Below, piece by piece: positions 41,465 through 56,010 of a stretch of 64,000 bases of DNA. The first letter of the stretch is position 1; each line of letters starts with the position of its first letter. The stretch is from NCBI GenBank assembly GCA_951406725.2, contig OX597816.1, positions 116,746,001-116,810,000 of the forward strand, in the 5' to 3' direction. Origin of the DNA: Octopus vulgaris. Lineage: Eukaryota. Both the position numbers and the translations under genes were made by a program. The notes below the pieces were generated by a model. That model was not told where the DNA came from and did no database searches. It saw only the letters and a program-made list of their open reading frames with translations.

Positions 41465-41562
<98 letters not shown>

Positions 41563-42099
41563 GCATCGAAACGTGTGCCTGCATATGATGGGTGGAAGAC
41601 GAAACAACAAAACAGAATACTCAACTTTAACTAGGTTAAACCGCTACCTTATTATTTACATTGAAAATGAAGACAAATGGTAAGAGGAAATCTTTTTCAT
41701 GAATTCAGTACAAAATACTGAACTTTACCTGCATTTGAAACGTAAATCCTATGTGTTAGATTTACCATTACATAACTACTTCTGCCCTAAAAGAGAAAAA
41801 CAGATATCAACTATTCTGCTAATGTAAAATTGTGGGAATAAGGATAATGAAACCTCGTGAATAATACAAAATATGCTTTGTGTGTGTATGTAGGTACAAA
41901 TGTATGCATATGTGTGCACGTTTGTGTTTATGTAGGTACAATATACATGTGTGTATGTCTGTGTGTAAGTGTGTGCATATTATAGTTTGAATGAAACACT
42001 GAGCAATTAAAATTGTTAAAAGCCAGTACAATGTAAATTTTAAATAAAGAAGTGAAAACAGTAAAAGAAAGCAACAGTTTATGCTTTGCCTTATATATT

Positions 42100-42420
42100 G
42101 ATTTTTCGGGGTTAGACCCCTTAGTCAAAAAAAAAAGATAGACAATGGCGAGCTGATATCTTTTGCTCTGATATGTGAGAACGGTGGATGGAGTAGACTG
42201 GTAGTTTTCCAATTGCCAGTTTACCCCCAGAAGAACCCCTTGTATAATGGATGGGTTTAGTTCATTAATTAAGCTGGCCTTCTTGAGGCACAAATTACAG
42301 ATGTTCCTCTTTATTGCCTTGATACTAACCCTGAAGTCTTGAGCGTGGAATTTCATCAGATGTTTTTTTTTTTTAACTGATGCATTAGTCTGCACATATT
42401 TTTTAATGCAGATATACAAT
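42100..42420 (-). mobile_element. Penelope-like GIY-YIG C-terminal fragment
   Basis: CNLCLKKASLINELNPSI resembles the CxLCLxE...LN end of PLE ORFs. Confidence 0.5.
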
Positions 42421-44757
42421 TTCAGGATAGTGCCTCCAGAGTTTATTGCAGACTATTTGGTACGCTCTGCTATTTAATAAAAGGAAATTGTTTACCAATT
42501 GAAATTTGATATTATCTTTCATGTGATTATAAGATTTCATATACGATTTGAATTTAAATTTGAACACTTTAACAGAGACGGTTTCATGTGGATTGGTTTT
42601 TGAAAGGGTTAAAGTTTATTGTTGACAGAGAGAAAGAGAATATTTCTGAATTAGTACAGAAGTGTCACATCACGAAATCATGTGTTGTCACACTTGGTTA
42701 CAAAAGTGTGTGTGAAAACACTATGAAGTCATGATTTTAATGGAAAAAAATTTACAAAGAAACAGATGAGTATATGACAACATTTTTAATTATTGTACTT
42801 AAAAATACTAGAATTTAATTTTCCAGACGATTGGCAAATATGGTACCTGGTAATACGAGATCACTATTTAATAATAATTTACAAACGGAATTAAAAATGG
42901 ATGACTTAACAAACCAAAATACATTTTTAATAATTATGTCCAACATTTCTCTTGATATAATTTCTCTTGATACAATTTAAACTACTTGTTTATCATACTT
43001 GAAATTTACACCAAAAACTTCTTTACCCAGTCATACAATCTACTTAATTTGGAGTATAATCACACATTAGACCTGCTCTCCTAATCACTGTACTTGAGAT
43101 TATACTAATGTGAGGAGACTCTGCATGGATACTCAACCAGCTAGAAATAGCAGCAAAATTTCCCTCAGATCACATCATGTGCCATCTTAAAAATAGGAAA
43201 CGAACATTAAATGAAGTAGTCCAGCACAGAAAAGAAAAAAATGGCATGGTCAAGACTGAGACTGATTTTCTTAAACAAGAACATCAACAACTTGTGGTTT
43301 TGGCAATGTTATTTTGCATAATAATTTTAAAATATATCCATATTACTGATACAAACATGAAATAGTATTAGCGTTAGCTTTCATCTCTTGCCCATTACTA
43401 TTTCAGTAACGTCTCAGGTCTCTTGTTTCTATGTATGTGACATTCATTTCAAGTTCAAGATATTGCAGTTTCTCTGAATAAGAAGCAATCCAAATAGACA
43501 TTTACAAGCTGTACATGATAGTGGTATGGTTTATATAACAAGACAAAACCCATACAGTAAATATTAAGTAAATTCTGATTGTAGATGTCAACCATAGGCA
43601 AAATCTACAAAATGGAGATGTTTACAAAACAGACACAGAAAAATACATTGTAAACAGAGAATAACATACTTACAGTAGTTTGCAAGTTCCAACAAAATAT
43701 TACTCACTCAAAATTACAAATATGATTAAAAGGAAAATCATTAGCATTAATGATAAATCTTGTCATGAATGGTAAGGGAAACAACTCTGAAATCCAAAGT
43801 GATTAAAAATTGGTTAGGGACATGCTGTCGGAAATAAGAATTTTGGTAAGTACAGTGACAACTCTGAACATGTTTCAGCATTATCATACTTCATTAACCA
43901 TACAGAAAAACACTGCTTATAGATATAAGATAGCTGCAGTATGTAGGTGATGGTCTGACAGAGATAGCAATGTGAGTAGTTGGTATTGTTTAGAACTTTA
44001 TGCTATACTTATTCCACTATGACAGCATGAACTTAATGTTTATGAATGTACAAATATTTCAATAGTTTTTCTTAGAGTAATCATTCAGCCAGGAGACCAG
44101 AAGATATCTGTTTTCAGTTCTCTTGACTGAGAAATTTTACAAGAACCAATAAAATGGATATTAAATTGATATTACACAAGATTTCTTTACTACCATTTAT
44201 ATTCCTTCAAATTTACATCAGAACTAGTATGCTGTGATAGGCTGGATGAGTCTGCACTCAGCATTGTTTTGAATACATCACATCCTTGTATCACAGCATT
44301 TCCAAGAATTATCTAATTCATTACACCTGTTAATCTTAACTCCATTGTCTGCTATTATTGACTCACAGTCAAAGACGGTGTGCTGGCACAATCATTACTC
44401 CTACAGACAAAATACTTGGTAGTATTTCTTCCAGTTATACAACCTGGTTTCAAATGTCACTGAGGTTAGCTTGACTTTCATCCTTTCAGGGTAAATATAA
44501 TAAGAACCAGTTGAACACTGGAATTGGTATAAGTGATTGGCATCCCCACACACACAAAATTTCAGGATTTAGTGCTTATAGTAGAAAGAATTATTAATTC
44601 ATGATGTATATCTTTTTTCACTCTGCATACATGAGCTTGGTAGATAGTTTGATAAGTGGCATTATGAAACTCTGCATCCTTGATCCACTTTGTAGCTTCT
44701 GCTCAATAAAAAATATGTATATATATTTCAGTTGTATAGTTGTTATGAATGAATAAA

Positions 44758-44796
<39 letters not shown>

Positions 44797-44816
44797 ATGT
44801 GTTTATTTTTTATTTT

Positions 44817-44981
44817 AGCCTAAAAAATGCAATTTATAAAAGTAATAGAGGTTGATAGTTTTACTTGGTGGATCAGTATTTCAGGGTTAGGACTCCCTTC
44901 CTCAGGAAATCTTTAAAGAAAATTTGTTCACTGCTAAAACTATCAACCAGTATAATTTTCATAACTTGTATTGTCTTGGCT
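44817..44981. repeat. Imperfect ~50-bp inverted repeat with ~70-bp spacer
   Basis: ggttgatagtttta/taaaactatcaacc perfect 14-bp core plus diverged outer arms (agcc.../...ggct). Confidence 0.7.
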
Positions 44982-45029
44982 TTTAAACTATATGCATATA
45001 TATTATGCTATATTTAGCATATATATCCC

Positions 45030-45109
<80 letters not shown>

Positions 45110-45114
<5 letters not shown>

Positions 45115-45390
45115 ATCTGAGGAAGCTGTGTCTCTCTTCTAATGCAAGATATTTTTCTGGTCAATACTAACTCCACCTCATTCTTTGAGGGGTCTCATTC
45201 AACAAGTTACTTGGTAACCTTACTACTGCTAGTGACATGGAAAAAGCACCCAGTACACTCTGTAAAGTGGTTAGTGTTAGGAAAGGCTTTCAACTACAGA
45301 AACCATGCCAAAACAAGACAGCAGGTCTTGGTATACTCTTCTGACTATGCCTGTCAAACCATCCAGCCCATGCCAACATGGAAAATGGAA

Positions 45391-45442
<52 letters not shown>
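45110..45442 (+). mobile_element. RTE-type 3' end with (GAT)n tail
   Basis: aaaagcacccagtacactctgtaaagtggttagtgttaggaaagg matches the 3' UTR at 63885-63960. Confidence 0.75.
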
Positions 45443-46205
45443 CATATCGTAATATAGCTTATATAACTTAATACAACACAGGAAACACTAAGCCCTACAT
45501 ATAATCCTCCACTCTCTACTGACAGAACCCCAATATTCATTGCCCATAGTTTACTGCCATCAACTTCAAACACCTTACATTTGCTTATCAACCATGTTCT
45601 TTTTCCCAGGTAGCTCTCCTTTTATCTTTTTAATTTATTTATCCATAATTATTTTATAAATTTTTTTCTTTATTTCCATTTTCTTTTACCTGTTTCTCTT
45701 CTTTCTTTTTCTCTTCCTGGAGTCTGAAATTAATTTTGCCTTTGAATAATAATATCCACTTAGTGAGAAATATTAGCAAAAATGAATTGAACTTAGAAGG
45801 ATCAAGTGGAAAGATCAGGCTAGAGGAAATTTCTGAAAATATTTTGTTTTCACTAATTTTTTTTTTAGTTTTTTTTTACATGGTTTTTATATTTATTTTA
45901 ACTTCTTTATCAGTTTTCTTACCAAATTTTTATTGATGTTTTATTGATGTTCTTGTTTTACTTTTCAGCACTTACACAAGTCATGTAACTGTGAGGCATA
46001 TTACTTGAAGTAATTAAAATTTTTAAAACATTCACTAATAACAGGGATTTGAGCAATTCTGAGAGATTGCCAGGGAAAGCAATGGACTTAATGAATAGGA
46101 AGCTAAACATATACCACACACATACACAACCATTGTACATAAAGAAACAGTATTATGAATACAGTCTTTCTTTCTCTCCTTCTCTCCTTCTCTCTACCTC
46201 TCTCA

Positions 46206-46238
<33 letters not shown>

Positions 46239-47892
46239 AATGTATGGTAAATAGCAATGTGTTTATATGTGTACATGTATATATCTATCTATCTATCTCT
46301 TTATATATATGTGTGTTTGTATATACATATGTATATATATATGTGTGTGTGTGTATACATATATATATATGTATGTGTATATATATATATATATATATAT
46401 AGATATACATATATATATAGACACACACATGCCTGTATATGTATATACATATGTGTGTATATATGTATATATACATACATCATGTATGCATGCGTGTGTG
46501 TGTGTGTGTGTTCACCAGCGTGCATACGATACTGAATGCAGCAGGCAAGTACGTATGTTCAGTTCCGTCTTCTGGAGATGGGATTGGAAGTGAAATTTCA
46601 AATATGCTCGATGTCAAAATGCTTTTCTGAGGCGCAATAAGGAGGAAGTGGATATTCTTGTCTTCCTGTTATTCACATTAATGAAAACAATGCCTCAAAG
46701 CAATAATAAGAAATTGGAGTTCAATTGTTTTCCAAGAATTGCCTTAATTTCATTAGATCCTTTTGTTACCAATTTCTGCGGTGCTTTGATATTACAAAGT
46801 AATCTTTGTCTTCAATAATGCTTGTAACATTGTGTTTTGTTTAATGATTTTTATTGTTTCCATTTATGGAAGCTACTATTGTTGTTGGTGTTGGTGTTGG
46901 TGCTGTTGTTGTTACTGTTGACGATGATGTTGTGGTTGTTGTTCATGTTCTTGCTGACATTGTTGTTATTGTTGTTGCAATCTGTTCTAATTTTATTTAT
47001 CATAATTTTTTTTTTATCATGCAACTATAAACTGTGGAAGCAAAAGAAATGAGGTTATAAAACAAAGAATGAACGAAAATACAGAACAGACTGTATGGTT
47101 TGTATGTGTATATATATATATATGTGTATATATATATATATGTGTATATATGTGTGTGTTTGAGGTATGTGTATGTAAATGTGTATGTACGTATCTATGT
47201 ACATACGTATGTATATGGATATATATGTGTGTGTGTATGTATCTATATATGTATTTAAGTATGCATGTCATATGTATATATGTATGCATGTATTTATATA
47301 TGTATTATGTATGTATGTATATATGTATATGTATTTACATATGTATTATGTATGTATATATGTATATGTATTTACATATGCATGTATGTATATGGTAATG
47401 GGAACGGTGGTGAGGAGGAGAGAGGGGCTGATGAAAGAGAAGAGGTGTGAGGCCGTGAAAATAAAATAGGAAGAAATGATATTTAGAATTTCTCAATGTT
47501 CGGTAGGTATAATTTAGTTTTAATTCTTTGAGAGAGTATCTCCGGTTGAACAATAGGACTGTTGTTCACACAACATTGTTTCTAAAAGCTAAAATGAAAA
47601 TGTCAATATTGTCATGATCTAACACAATAGATCTTGCTAACAGATCATATGTACACACACACAGATATACACACAAATATAAATACATATACCTGTGAGT
47701 GTGTGTGTTTCTGTGTGTGTGTGTGTGTGTGTGTATCGAACTCATACTCACATATTTACATTAGCTTTTTAAATAGAGAACATGCTTTTATTGTATTAAG
47801 AAGGTACTTCAAAAAGAAATGAAACAGTAAATAAAACTATGAAAGAAATCATTCAAAACAAGTAATGTAGAAATCTAATTACATATATATAT

Positions 47893-48007
<115 letters not shown>

Positions 48008-48261
48008 TGTATATATATATATTTACATATATATTTATATATATATATACATATATATATGCATATATATATGCATATATGTATGTGTGTATCTATATAT
48101 ATATATATATACATATAGATGTATATATGTATGTATGCATAGATGCTTGTATGTTTATATAAATGTATATATCTGTATATCTCTATGTACATATACATAT
48201 ATATATATTACAAATATATATACACATATTTATATACATAAATACCCATATATTGACATGC

Positions 48262-48316
<55 letters not shown>

Positions 48317-49055
48317 CACACACATAAAACACTCTACATGTGCATGTATGTGTGTGTACTGATATGTTTGCATCTATATCTGAATGTGTTTGTTTGTGTG
48401 TGTATGTGTGTGCGTGCACGCGTGTGTGTGCGTGTAAAACAAAAAGATCATTCTTCTTTTTCAATAAAGGACTGCTAGTTTGGTTCTTCAAAATAAATGT
48501 CAGACACCCCAGAGCGTAGGAAGCACTATCAGTTCTTTTTTTTCTTTTTTTTTTATACTGTGGTTAAAAGTTTAATTGTGTTTACCTAAATAGGTAAAAA
48601 TAATTAAAGCATGTTGTTGTCAGTGACAGCCAGGGGGAAAACAGAGGTTCCTTATTCACCAAACGTTTACAAGAAGGCAGTTGAAAGGGTGGGTGCCAGT
48701 ATTCCAGCTGATCCATTTTTGAACACTAATTTTTAATATTGCTGAACATTTTAAGAACAAAGACGATATTGATAGAACATAAAATCTCTGTAGATTACTC
48801 ATGTGGTCAGATACAGATAAAAGGGGATGCCACTTAAAGATGCCTGACCTTGCAAAAAGTTTCTGCCAAATCTGCTTCTGCAGAGAAAAAAGTGGATATA
48901 ACAGGCACAAATATAGTTGTGCAGTTAAGCTTAGAGATTTAATCCCACACCACAGAACCTTAGGCAAGTACTTTCTACTAATGACCCAGACCAATCAACG
49001 ACTTGTTAGTGAATTTGGTCGGCAAAAACGGAGTGGAAGCAGTTGTGTGTATACT

Positions 49056-49690
49056 CTCTTTTACTTGCTTTTACTTGTTTCAGTCATTTGACTGCAGCCA
49101 TGCTGGTGCACCGCCTTTAGTCAAGCAAATTGACCCCAGGACTTATTCTTTGTAAGCCTAGTACTTATTCTATCGGTCTCTTTTGCTGAACTGCTATGTT
49201 ACGGGGGACGTAAACACACCAGCATCGGTTGTCAAGAGATGTTGGGGGGACAAACACACAAACACACACACACACAGATATATATACGACAGGTTTCTTT
49301 CAGCTTCCATCTACCAAATCCACTCACAAGGCTTTGGTCAGCCGGTGGCTATAGTAGAAGACACTTGCCCAAGGTGCCATGCAGTTGGAATTGAACCCGG
49401 TATCATGTGGTTGGTAAGCAAGCTACTTACCACACAGCGACTCCTGTGTCTATATACTATATCTATATTGTTTTATACTATATCTACATTCTTTTATTTA
49501 TTTATTTGCTTCAGTCATTTGACTGTGGCCATGCTGGAGCACTGCCTTTACTTGAACTAATCAACCCCAGGACTTATTCTTTGAGAGCCTAGTACTTATT
49601 CAATTGGCCTCTTTTACTGAACCACTAAGTTATGAGGATGTAAACACACCAACATCAGTTGTCAGGCAATGGTAGGGGAACAAATACAAC
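49056..49690 (-). mobile_element. SINE family A full copy (49056-49450) plus partial copy (49490-49690)
   Basis: Colinear with 59520-59931. Confidence 0.88.
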
Positions 49691-49751
49691 ACACCAAATT
49701 GTTCATTTGCAAAATGATTTGAAGCTATGAGATAAATTATTTTTATTGTCA

Positions 49752-49809
<58 letters not shown>

Positions 49810-50094
49810 CATCATCATCATCGTCATCCTTATCATAATCACGGTGGCAAGCTGGTAGAAGCATATTAGAGTGGTGCACAAAATGTTTCATGCTATTTCT
49901 TCCAACTCATTCTATTCAGAGTTCGAATCCTACCAGAGTCAACTTGGTCTTTTGTCCCTCTGGAACCGATGAAATAAAGTATCAGTCAAGTACTGGAGTC
50001 AATGTAATTAACTACTCCACCTCCACCCTCCAAAATTGCTGGCCTTGTGCTAAAATTTGAAACAATTATTAATTATTATTATTATGACTATCGT

Positions 50095-50560
50095 TTACCA
50101 ATTATTACTGTTGTTCCTTCGTTATAGAGCTGGGATCAAATTCATGGTTCTAGAGAGCCAAAAGTGCATTGTTACTATTTAATGAAGTGCACCTTTCAGA
50201 TTGTGACTGGTCCCCAGGGTGCTGATCGTTAGGTGCTCATGGATGTTGAGATTACCAGTTTGTTAGTAGATTTGTTCAGTCCTTTTTTCATGGGCCCTAG
50301 AGCACCAATAACAATAGGTAGTACTTCGGCATTCATTGCCCGCATCCAGTTTATTTCTGTCTCTAAGTCTTTGTACTCTGATAATTTTTCCATGATTTCT
50401 GTGGATGTATTTCACTCTGATTATACTGCTACACCTATTTTTAGGCATTTATTTTCTTTCTAATCCTTGATACTGATGTCCAGACAGTTTGCTGTTATTT
50501 TCCAATCGGTATAAATAGGTATATCTCATAGCATGGTGGTGTTCTAATTTTCCTTGAATG
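50095..50560 (-). mobile_element. RLE-type retrotransposon 3' fragment, flanked by SINE B copies (49843-50070, 50565-50745)
   Basis: Minus-strand remnant EYKDLETEIN...AEVLPIVIGALG. Confidence 0.7.
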
Positions 50561-51689
50561 CTTCCAGGCAATGCTTAGCTGCATTTTGTCATCTTTATGT
50601 TCTGCGTTCAAATGCCTCCAGGGTCAACTTTGTTTTTCATTTTTGGGGAGTTGATGAAATAAGTACCAGTTGACCACTGGAGTCAATTTAATCAACTTAG
50701 CCCCTCTCCTAAAATTGCTGGCCTTGTGCCAAAATTTGAAACCAATATTTTATGCTCTTTGTCATGAGAACTCTACTTTCATTCTATGAGGTATTATCAT
50801 GTATGGCAGGTAAAATGTAGACAGTGAAAAATGTATGATTGATTGGTTGGTTGATGGACAAATGGGTAAATAAATAGTCAGATGAAACTATCTGTGTAAA
50901 GTAGTCAAGAGTCATGGGTATTTAACAATGCAGACAAGAAAGTAGAAAACCATGTTTATAGAAATGCAGAAATCATGGATAGTGAGAGAGTGAAATGAAA
51001 GCAAATGATATTCAAAAGAATGGAAAAAAAGGAAGCTGCCATGAGAAGTTAATAGGAATACATGCAATGTACTTAGACAGGTATAAACAACAAAATTATT
51101 TTTCGTCTTTCAGTGGTTTGATCAGGTATAGGAAAATTTTCAGTCTGCAGAGAAATGGCTAAAATTTGCTCTGTTTATAATTATACCATATGTTACATAT
51201 TTATTATATCATTTCTTGATACTGTGTGGACTAAGATCACCATTGAAAGACCGCTGGTATTTATAGAGTGTTAAACACTTTCAGTATGCAAATTAAGAAT
51301 TCCTTCATAGAGTAACTGCTGCATTTGTTGAGTATATAAACATTTTGGCAGCTTGATTTTTTTTTTCTGAAGACTATCAGAATGATGTGGACACCTCTGA
51401 TAAGAACCCAATAAGGTTCAGAAATCAGTTAAAGTTGTTTATCATCTTTTCATTTTCAGTCAGTGGAGAAATGGCTAAAATTTGCCCTGTTTATAATTAT
51501 ACCATATATTATGTATACATGCACAAAGTTACACAATGCATACAGGTAAGTACAGGCATATCTGTGTGCTTAAGCAAGTTCAATCATATTGCATGGTACC
51601 TTCAATAAGAGTTCTACTTTAGTTTCTGTTTGGGTAATGTTTTGTGAGTGGAATTTTGTAGATGGAAACTTAGCAGAAGACTTTCATAA

Positions 51690-52521
51690 GCTGTGTAGTA
51701 AGAAGTCTGCTTCCCAATCACATGGTTCCAGATTCAGTCCCACTGCAAATATATGTATGTCTATGTTTGTGCGTCTGTGTTTGTCTCCCCACCACTTTCC
51801 CATCATCGCTTGACAACCAACGTTGGTGTGTTTACATCCCTGTAACTTAGCAGTTCAGCAAAAAAAGCCAATAGAATAAGTACTGGGCTTACAAAGAATA
51901 AGTGCTGTCATCGATTTCTTCAACTAAAGGTGCTGCTCCAGCATGGCTACAGTCAAATGACTGAAACAAGTAAAAGAATAGAATATATAGATACACATGT
52001 TCATGTATGAATATTTTTAAGTACATGTGGCTGCTTTTTTTTTTTATTGGTTTCAAACAGCTGTTGTGTGAAAAAGAAGGGTACCTTAATACTTCAAAAG
52101 ATACACTTCTATAAAATCAGTACTAAGCTGAAATAAATACTGGAGTCAATCTTTTTAGATAAGAACCTTGAACGCAGTGCCCCAGAATGGCTACAATCAA
52201 ATGGCTATAATTAAAATAAATAAGAAAACGAATAACCTTCAACTTTATTTTTCATCAAAGGTTTGATGTATCTGTAATACATATGCCTCTATTTGTCACA
52301 ACTTGGTATCATCGTATCTCTGTATGTTTATGCCACCACCATTGCTTGACAACTGATGTTGGCGTGTTTATGTCCCCGTAACTTAGCGGTTCGGCAAAAG
52401 AGACTGATAGTATAAGTACTAGGCTAACAAAGAATAAGTCCTGGTGTCGATTTGTTCAACTTAAGTTGCTGCTCCAGCATGGCTGCAATCAAATGACTGA
52501 AACAAATAAAAGAATAAAAGA

Positions 52522-52525
<4 letters not shown>
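51690..52525 (+). mobile_element. Partial SINE A copies (51690-51985, 52320-52525)
   Basis: 3' body and aatgactgaaacaa tails. Confidence 0.8.
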
Positions 52526-52597
<72 letters not shown>

Positions 52598-53200
52598 ATA
52601 TATATATATGCCTTTAAGGACATTGCAAAGTGCCTGGTTGGAGGCCCAACCTTCCAAGTTCTTTTACAGGGCTTAGAAAAACTGAAGGACTTTTGCAATA
52701 AGAGTGTGAATCTGAAATGGGAATATGTTGAATAAAACCATAATTAACTGATCCTCCTGTATTTTCCTTTACCCAAAGCCATAAACTTTTCAGCACCCGC
52801 CTCATATATTCAGTTATATATATGCATATATTTGTGTGTGTGCATGTGTGCATAATAAGTAACTAACAACATGTTTACATTATTTTTGATATTTCTAGTT
52901 TTCTGTTGACTTGATATTTTTTCTCATTTTTTTTTTTTCTCTTTTTGTTGCTGTGGCTGTGGTATATGAGGAAATATGTAAGTATTCAATTATTTCCACT
53001 CCAGTAAGCAAATACTCCACATCTGGGAATCCATACAGAATCTTTCAAATCTTAGGTGTTGACTTAAAGCAGCATGTAAACCTATTTATTGTTAGGTGTA
53101 TCAATACTTTATTTATGAATACCATATTTTTTTTTTATGATACTAATTTTTTTATCTTTCAAATTTATAATTGTGGTTATAGTTGTTGCTATTATTATCA

Positions 53201-53291
<91 letters not shown>

Positions 53292-53452
53292 TTTATATAT
53301 TTATTAGTAGTTGAAGTAGTATAGGTATGTTGTTTGCTATAAGTATATAAGACATGGCTTTAAAAATCTCTCACCCTAGCAAGTCAAGAATATCTTCAAG
53401 AAAAAAATAATAAAAATAAAGTAACACAACAGAGAGGAGAATAAACAATAAC

Positions 53453-53501
<49 letters not shown>

Positions 53502-53867
53502 TCAATGATGATGACAAATATCACAAATAACTTCGACAATATGCGGTAACAACAGCAGTAAGCATGAAGACAAATAGAACTGTTAAATCAACCTGCAACA
53601 ACAACAGCAACAATAACTTCAACAACAACAACATCTACAATAGAAACAAAACAACGTAACAGCTGACAAAAATATTAATATGGTAACAACAAAATTACAG
53701 CTATGACAAACACAGAGAGTACCACAATCAATACATAAAGGCTATACACGCATATGTATGTATGTACATAAGAAAAAAATGAGAGTGAAGAAGAGAGAAA
53801 GATATATATATCATGCATATACACAATTATTGTTGATATCATTATTCCTGGTGCTATATGTGGCTGT

Positions 53868-53913
<46 letters not shown>

Positions 53914-53988
53914 GTGTGTTTGTATATATATATATGTATGTATGTATGTATGTACATGTGTATATATGTATGTACATGTGTGTATATG

Positions 53989-54019
<31 letters not shown>

Positions 54020-54238
54020 TCACACATGCATGCACAAATATATAAAGTGAGCGTGTGTGTACAGATATATATACAGAGATAGATAGACAGACAGACAGAT
54101 AGATAGATATGGATGTATCTGTATATTACACATAAATATAATATGCTGTCTCATATATGTATATGATATAATATAAATATATGTGTGTGTATAGAGAGAG
54201 AGATAGAAAGAGAGATTAGATAGATAGATAGACAGATG

Positions 54239-54289
<51 letters not shown>

Positions 54290-54720
54290 GGATAGATATG
54301 CATGTATGTGTATGTGTGTGTGTATGTGCATATATCTATATATCTCTATATATATATATATATATTTATATTTATGTATGTACGTATGTATGTATGTATG
54401 TATGTATGTATGTATGTATGTATAAACACACGCACACAATCAACAAGAACTTTAACAACAGTGGCAACAAGCACTGGGTGTAGTAACATTAAAAATATAA
54501 TCTATTTCTCAAGCAACCAAGCCTGTATCTCTGACACAATAATCATGAGAAATATCCAGCTGACACTTTCAGCTTCTTTTCTCTTCAAAGATGAAGAATG
54601 AAACAGGAATAATGTGGATAGTTTTAAATCTACATGGTTTTCTTTTCTTTTCTTTTCTTTTTTTTAATGTTTCTGTTTATTTTCATATTTGTTCAATCAT
54701 CCCAACACTCTTCCTTTCAG

Positions 54721-54780
54721 ATGAACAAAACAGACATCCAACAACACAGCCATCACAGGAGATTCCCCTCTTCCTATCAG
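54721..54780 (+). other. Candidate 60-nt exon (EQNRHPTTQPSQEIPLFLS in phase 1, or noncoding)
   Basis: Long U-rich tract and acceptor ctcttcctttcAG, donor cag|GTACAA. Length is a multiple of 3. Confidence 0.3.
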
Positions 54781-55069
54781 GTACAAAAATTCTTCTGGGC
54801 TACCACTGATAACGTTGGCACAATGAAAGTATAGTCTGAAGAAATTGTAAGGATGTAGCAGTACAGGGTAAATGTGACTGTGTACAAGGAGTAAATTAGA
54901 GAGGAACATCAGACAGAGTTCTCATGGGTGATGAACACGGGTTGAAATTCTTATGGATAAAGGTACTACAACAAATGCAGTAAGCTTAAATTTGGCATAG
55001 AAATGGGTAAATAAAGTGAGATGTTTAAAGTTTGTGACAGGGTAATTATGCCTAAACTAATAATGATTT

Positions 55070-55278
55070 CAATTTTTCACACAAAGCAGCAAGTTTGGGG
55101 AAGGAGAGAAGTCAATTACATCAACCCCAATGTTCAACTGGTACTTATTTTATCAACCCTGAAAGGATGAAAGGTAAATTCGACTTCAGTGGAATTTGAA
55201 CCCAGAATGTAAAGATGGACGAAATGTTGCTAAGTATTTTGCTAGGTGTGCTAATGATTCTGCTAGTTTGCTGCCTTT
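55070..55278 (-). mobile_element. SINE family B monomer
   Basis: Core and tail on the minus strand. Confidence 0.8.
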
Positions 55279-55699
55279 ATGCTTAAACTAATTATGGGCA
55301 ACATAACTGCAACAGTTATTTTTGCATAAACACCATAATCATGATTGGTAAATGAATAAAAGGATATATCTCTATGGGGTTTCTCTTGTAGACTATCTCA
55401 TTAAGGAATGACAGCAACTTTGTTATCATAGTTGGGCCTTAGTGGACATCATCATTATCATCATCATCACTTAATGTTCACTTTCCATGCTGGCATGGTG
55501 ATGGCTTTCCACAGAGCTGCACCAGGCTCCAGTCATCTGTTTTGGCATGGTTTCTACTGTTGCATGCCCTTCCTAATGCCAACCACTTTACAGAGTGTAC
55601 TGGGTGCTTTGAATGTTGCACCGGCATGAGTACCTTTTATGTAACACCAGTATGTGTTCTTTACATGGAACCAACACAGGCATGTCATGGAAAATCAGA

Positions 55700-56010
55700 A
55701 TAACTATTCTGACATACTTAGAAGTTATGAATATGTTATGAAGAGTTCTGCAACAAAAATTACCTATCCACCAAACTAGTTTCAACAAACCAATCAGCTA
55801 TTTGGTCACCTACGAAGTGGCCAAAACTAGCCAGATAGACATCACACTCATCAAGAATGGACATTTGGTTGTGAAAACTAAGTCCTTTCTCTCTAAATAA
55901 TGTACCATTCAGCATAGACCTGTGATCAGTAACCTTAAGATAACCTTTCCAAAACAACAAAAATCTGGAAAGCAACTGGAAGAAAGTAGAAATCAAGGAA
56001 CTCTTTCAGC
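55700..56010 (+). mobile_element. RTE LINE AP-endonuclease remnant
   Basis: TSFNKPISYLVTYEVAKTSQIDITL...KSFLSK*CTIQHRPVISNLKI matches the APE C-terminal T.F.K...TY...QID...H motifs. Confidence 0.7.

Noticed and set aside
46516-46665. Possible exon, open on both strands
   Set aside because: Strand is ambiguous, splice sites are weak, and there is no homology.
48656-48994. 112-aa minus ORF with a strong acceptor near 48878
   Set aside because: It starts inside a decayed SINE head, donor choices conflict, and the peptide is not recognisable.
55764-55919. Attractive 156-nt minus-strand exon (SMLNGTLF...SLVD) with good splice sites
   Set aside because: The opposite strand encodes an RTE AP-endonuclease remnant, which explains it. 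This shows how easily false exons arise in this window.
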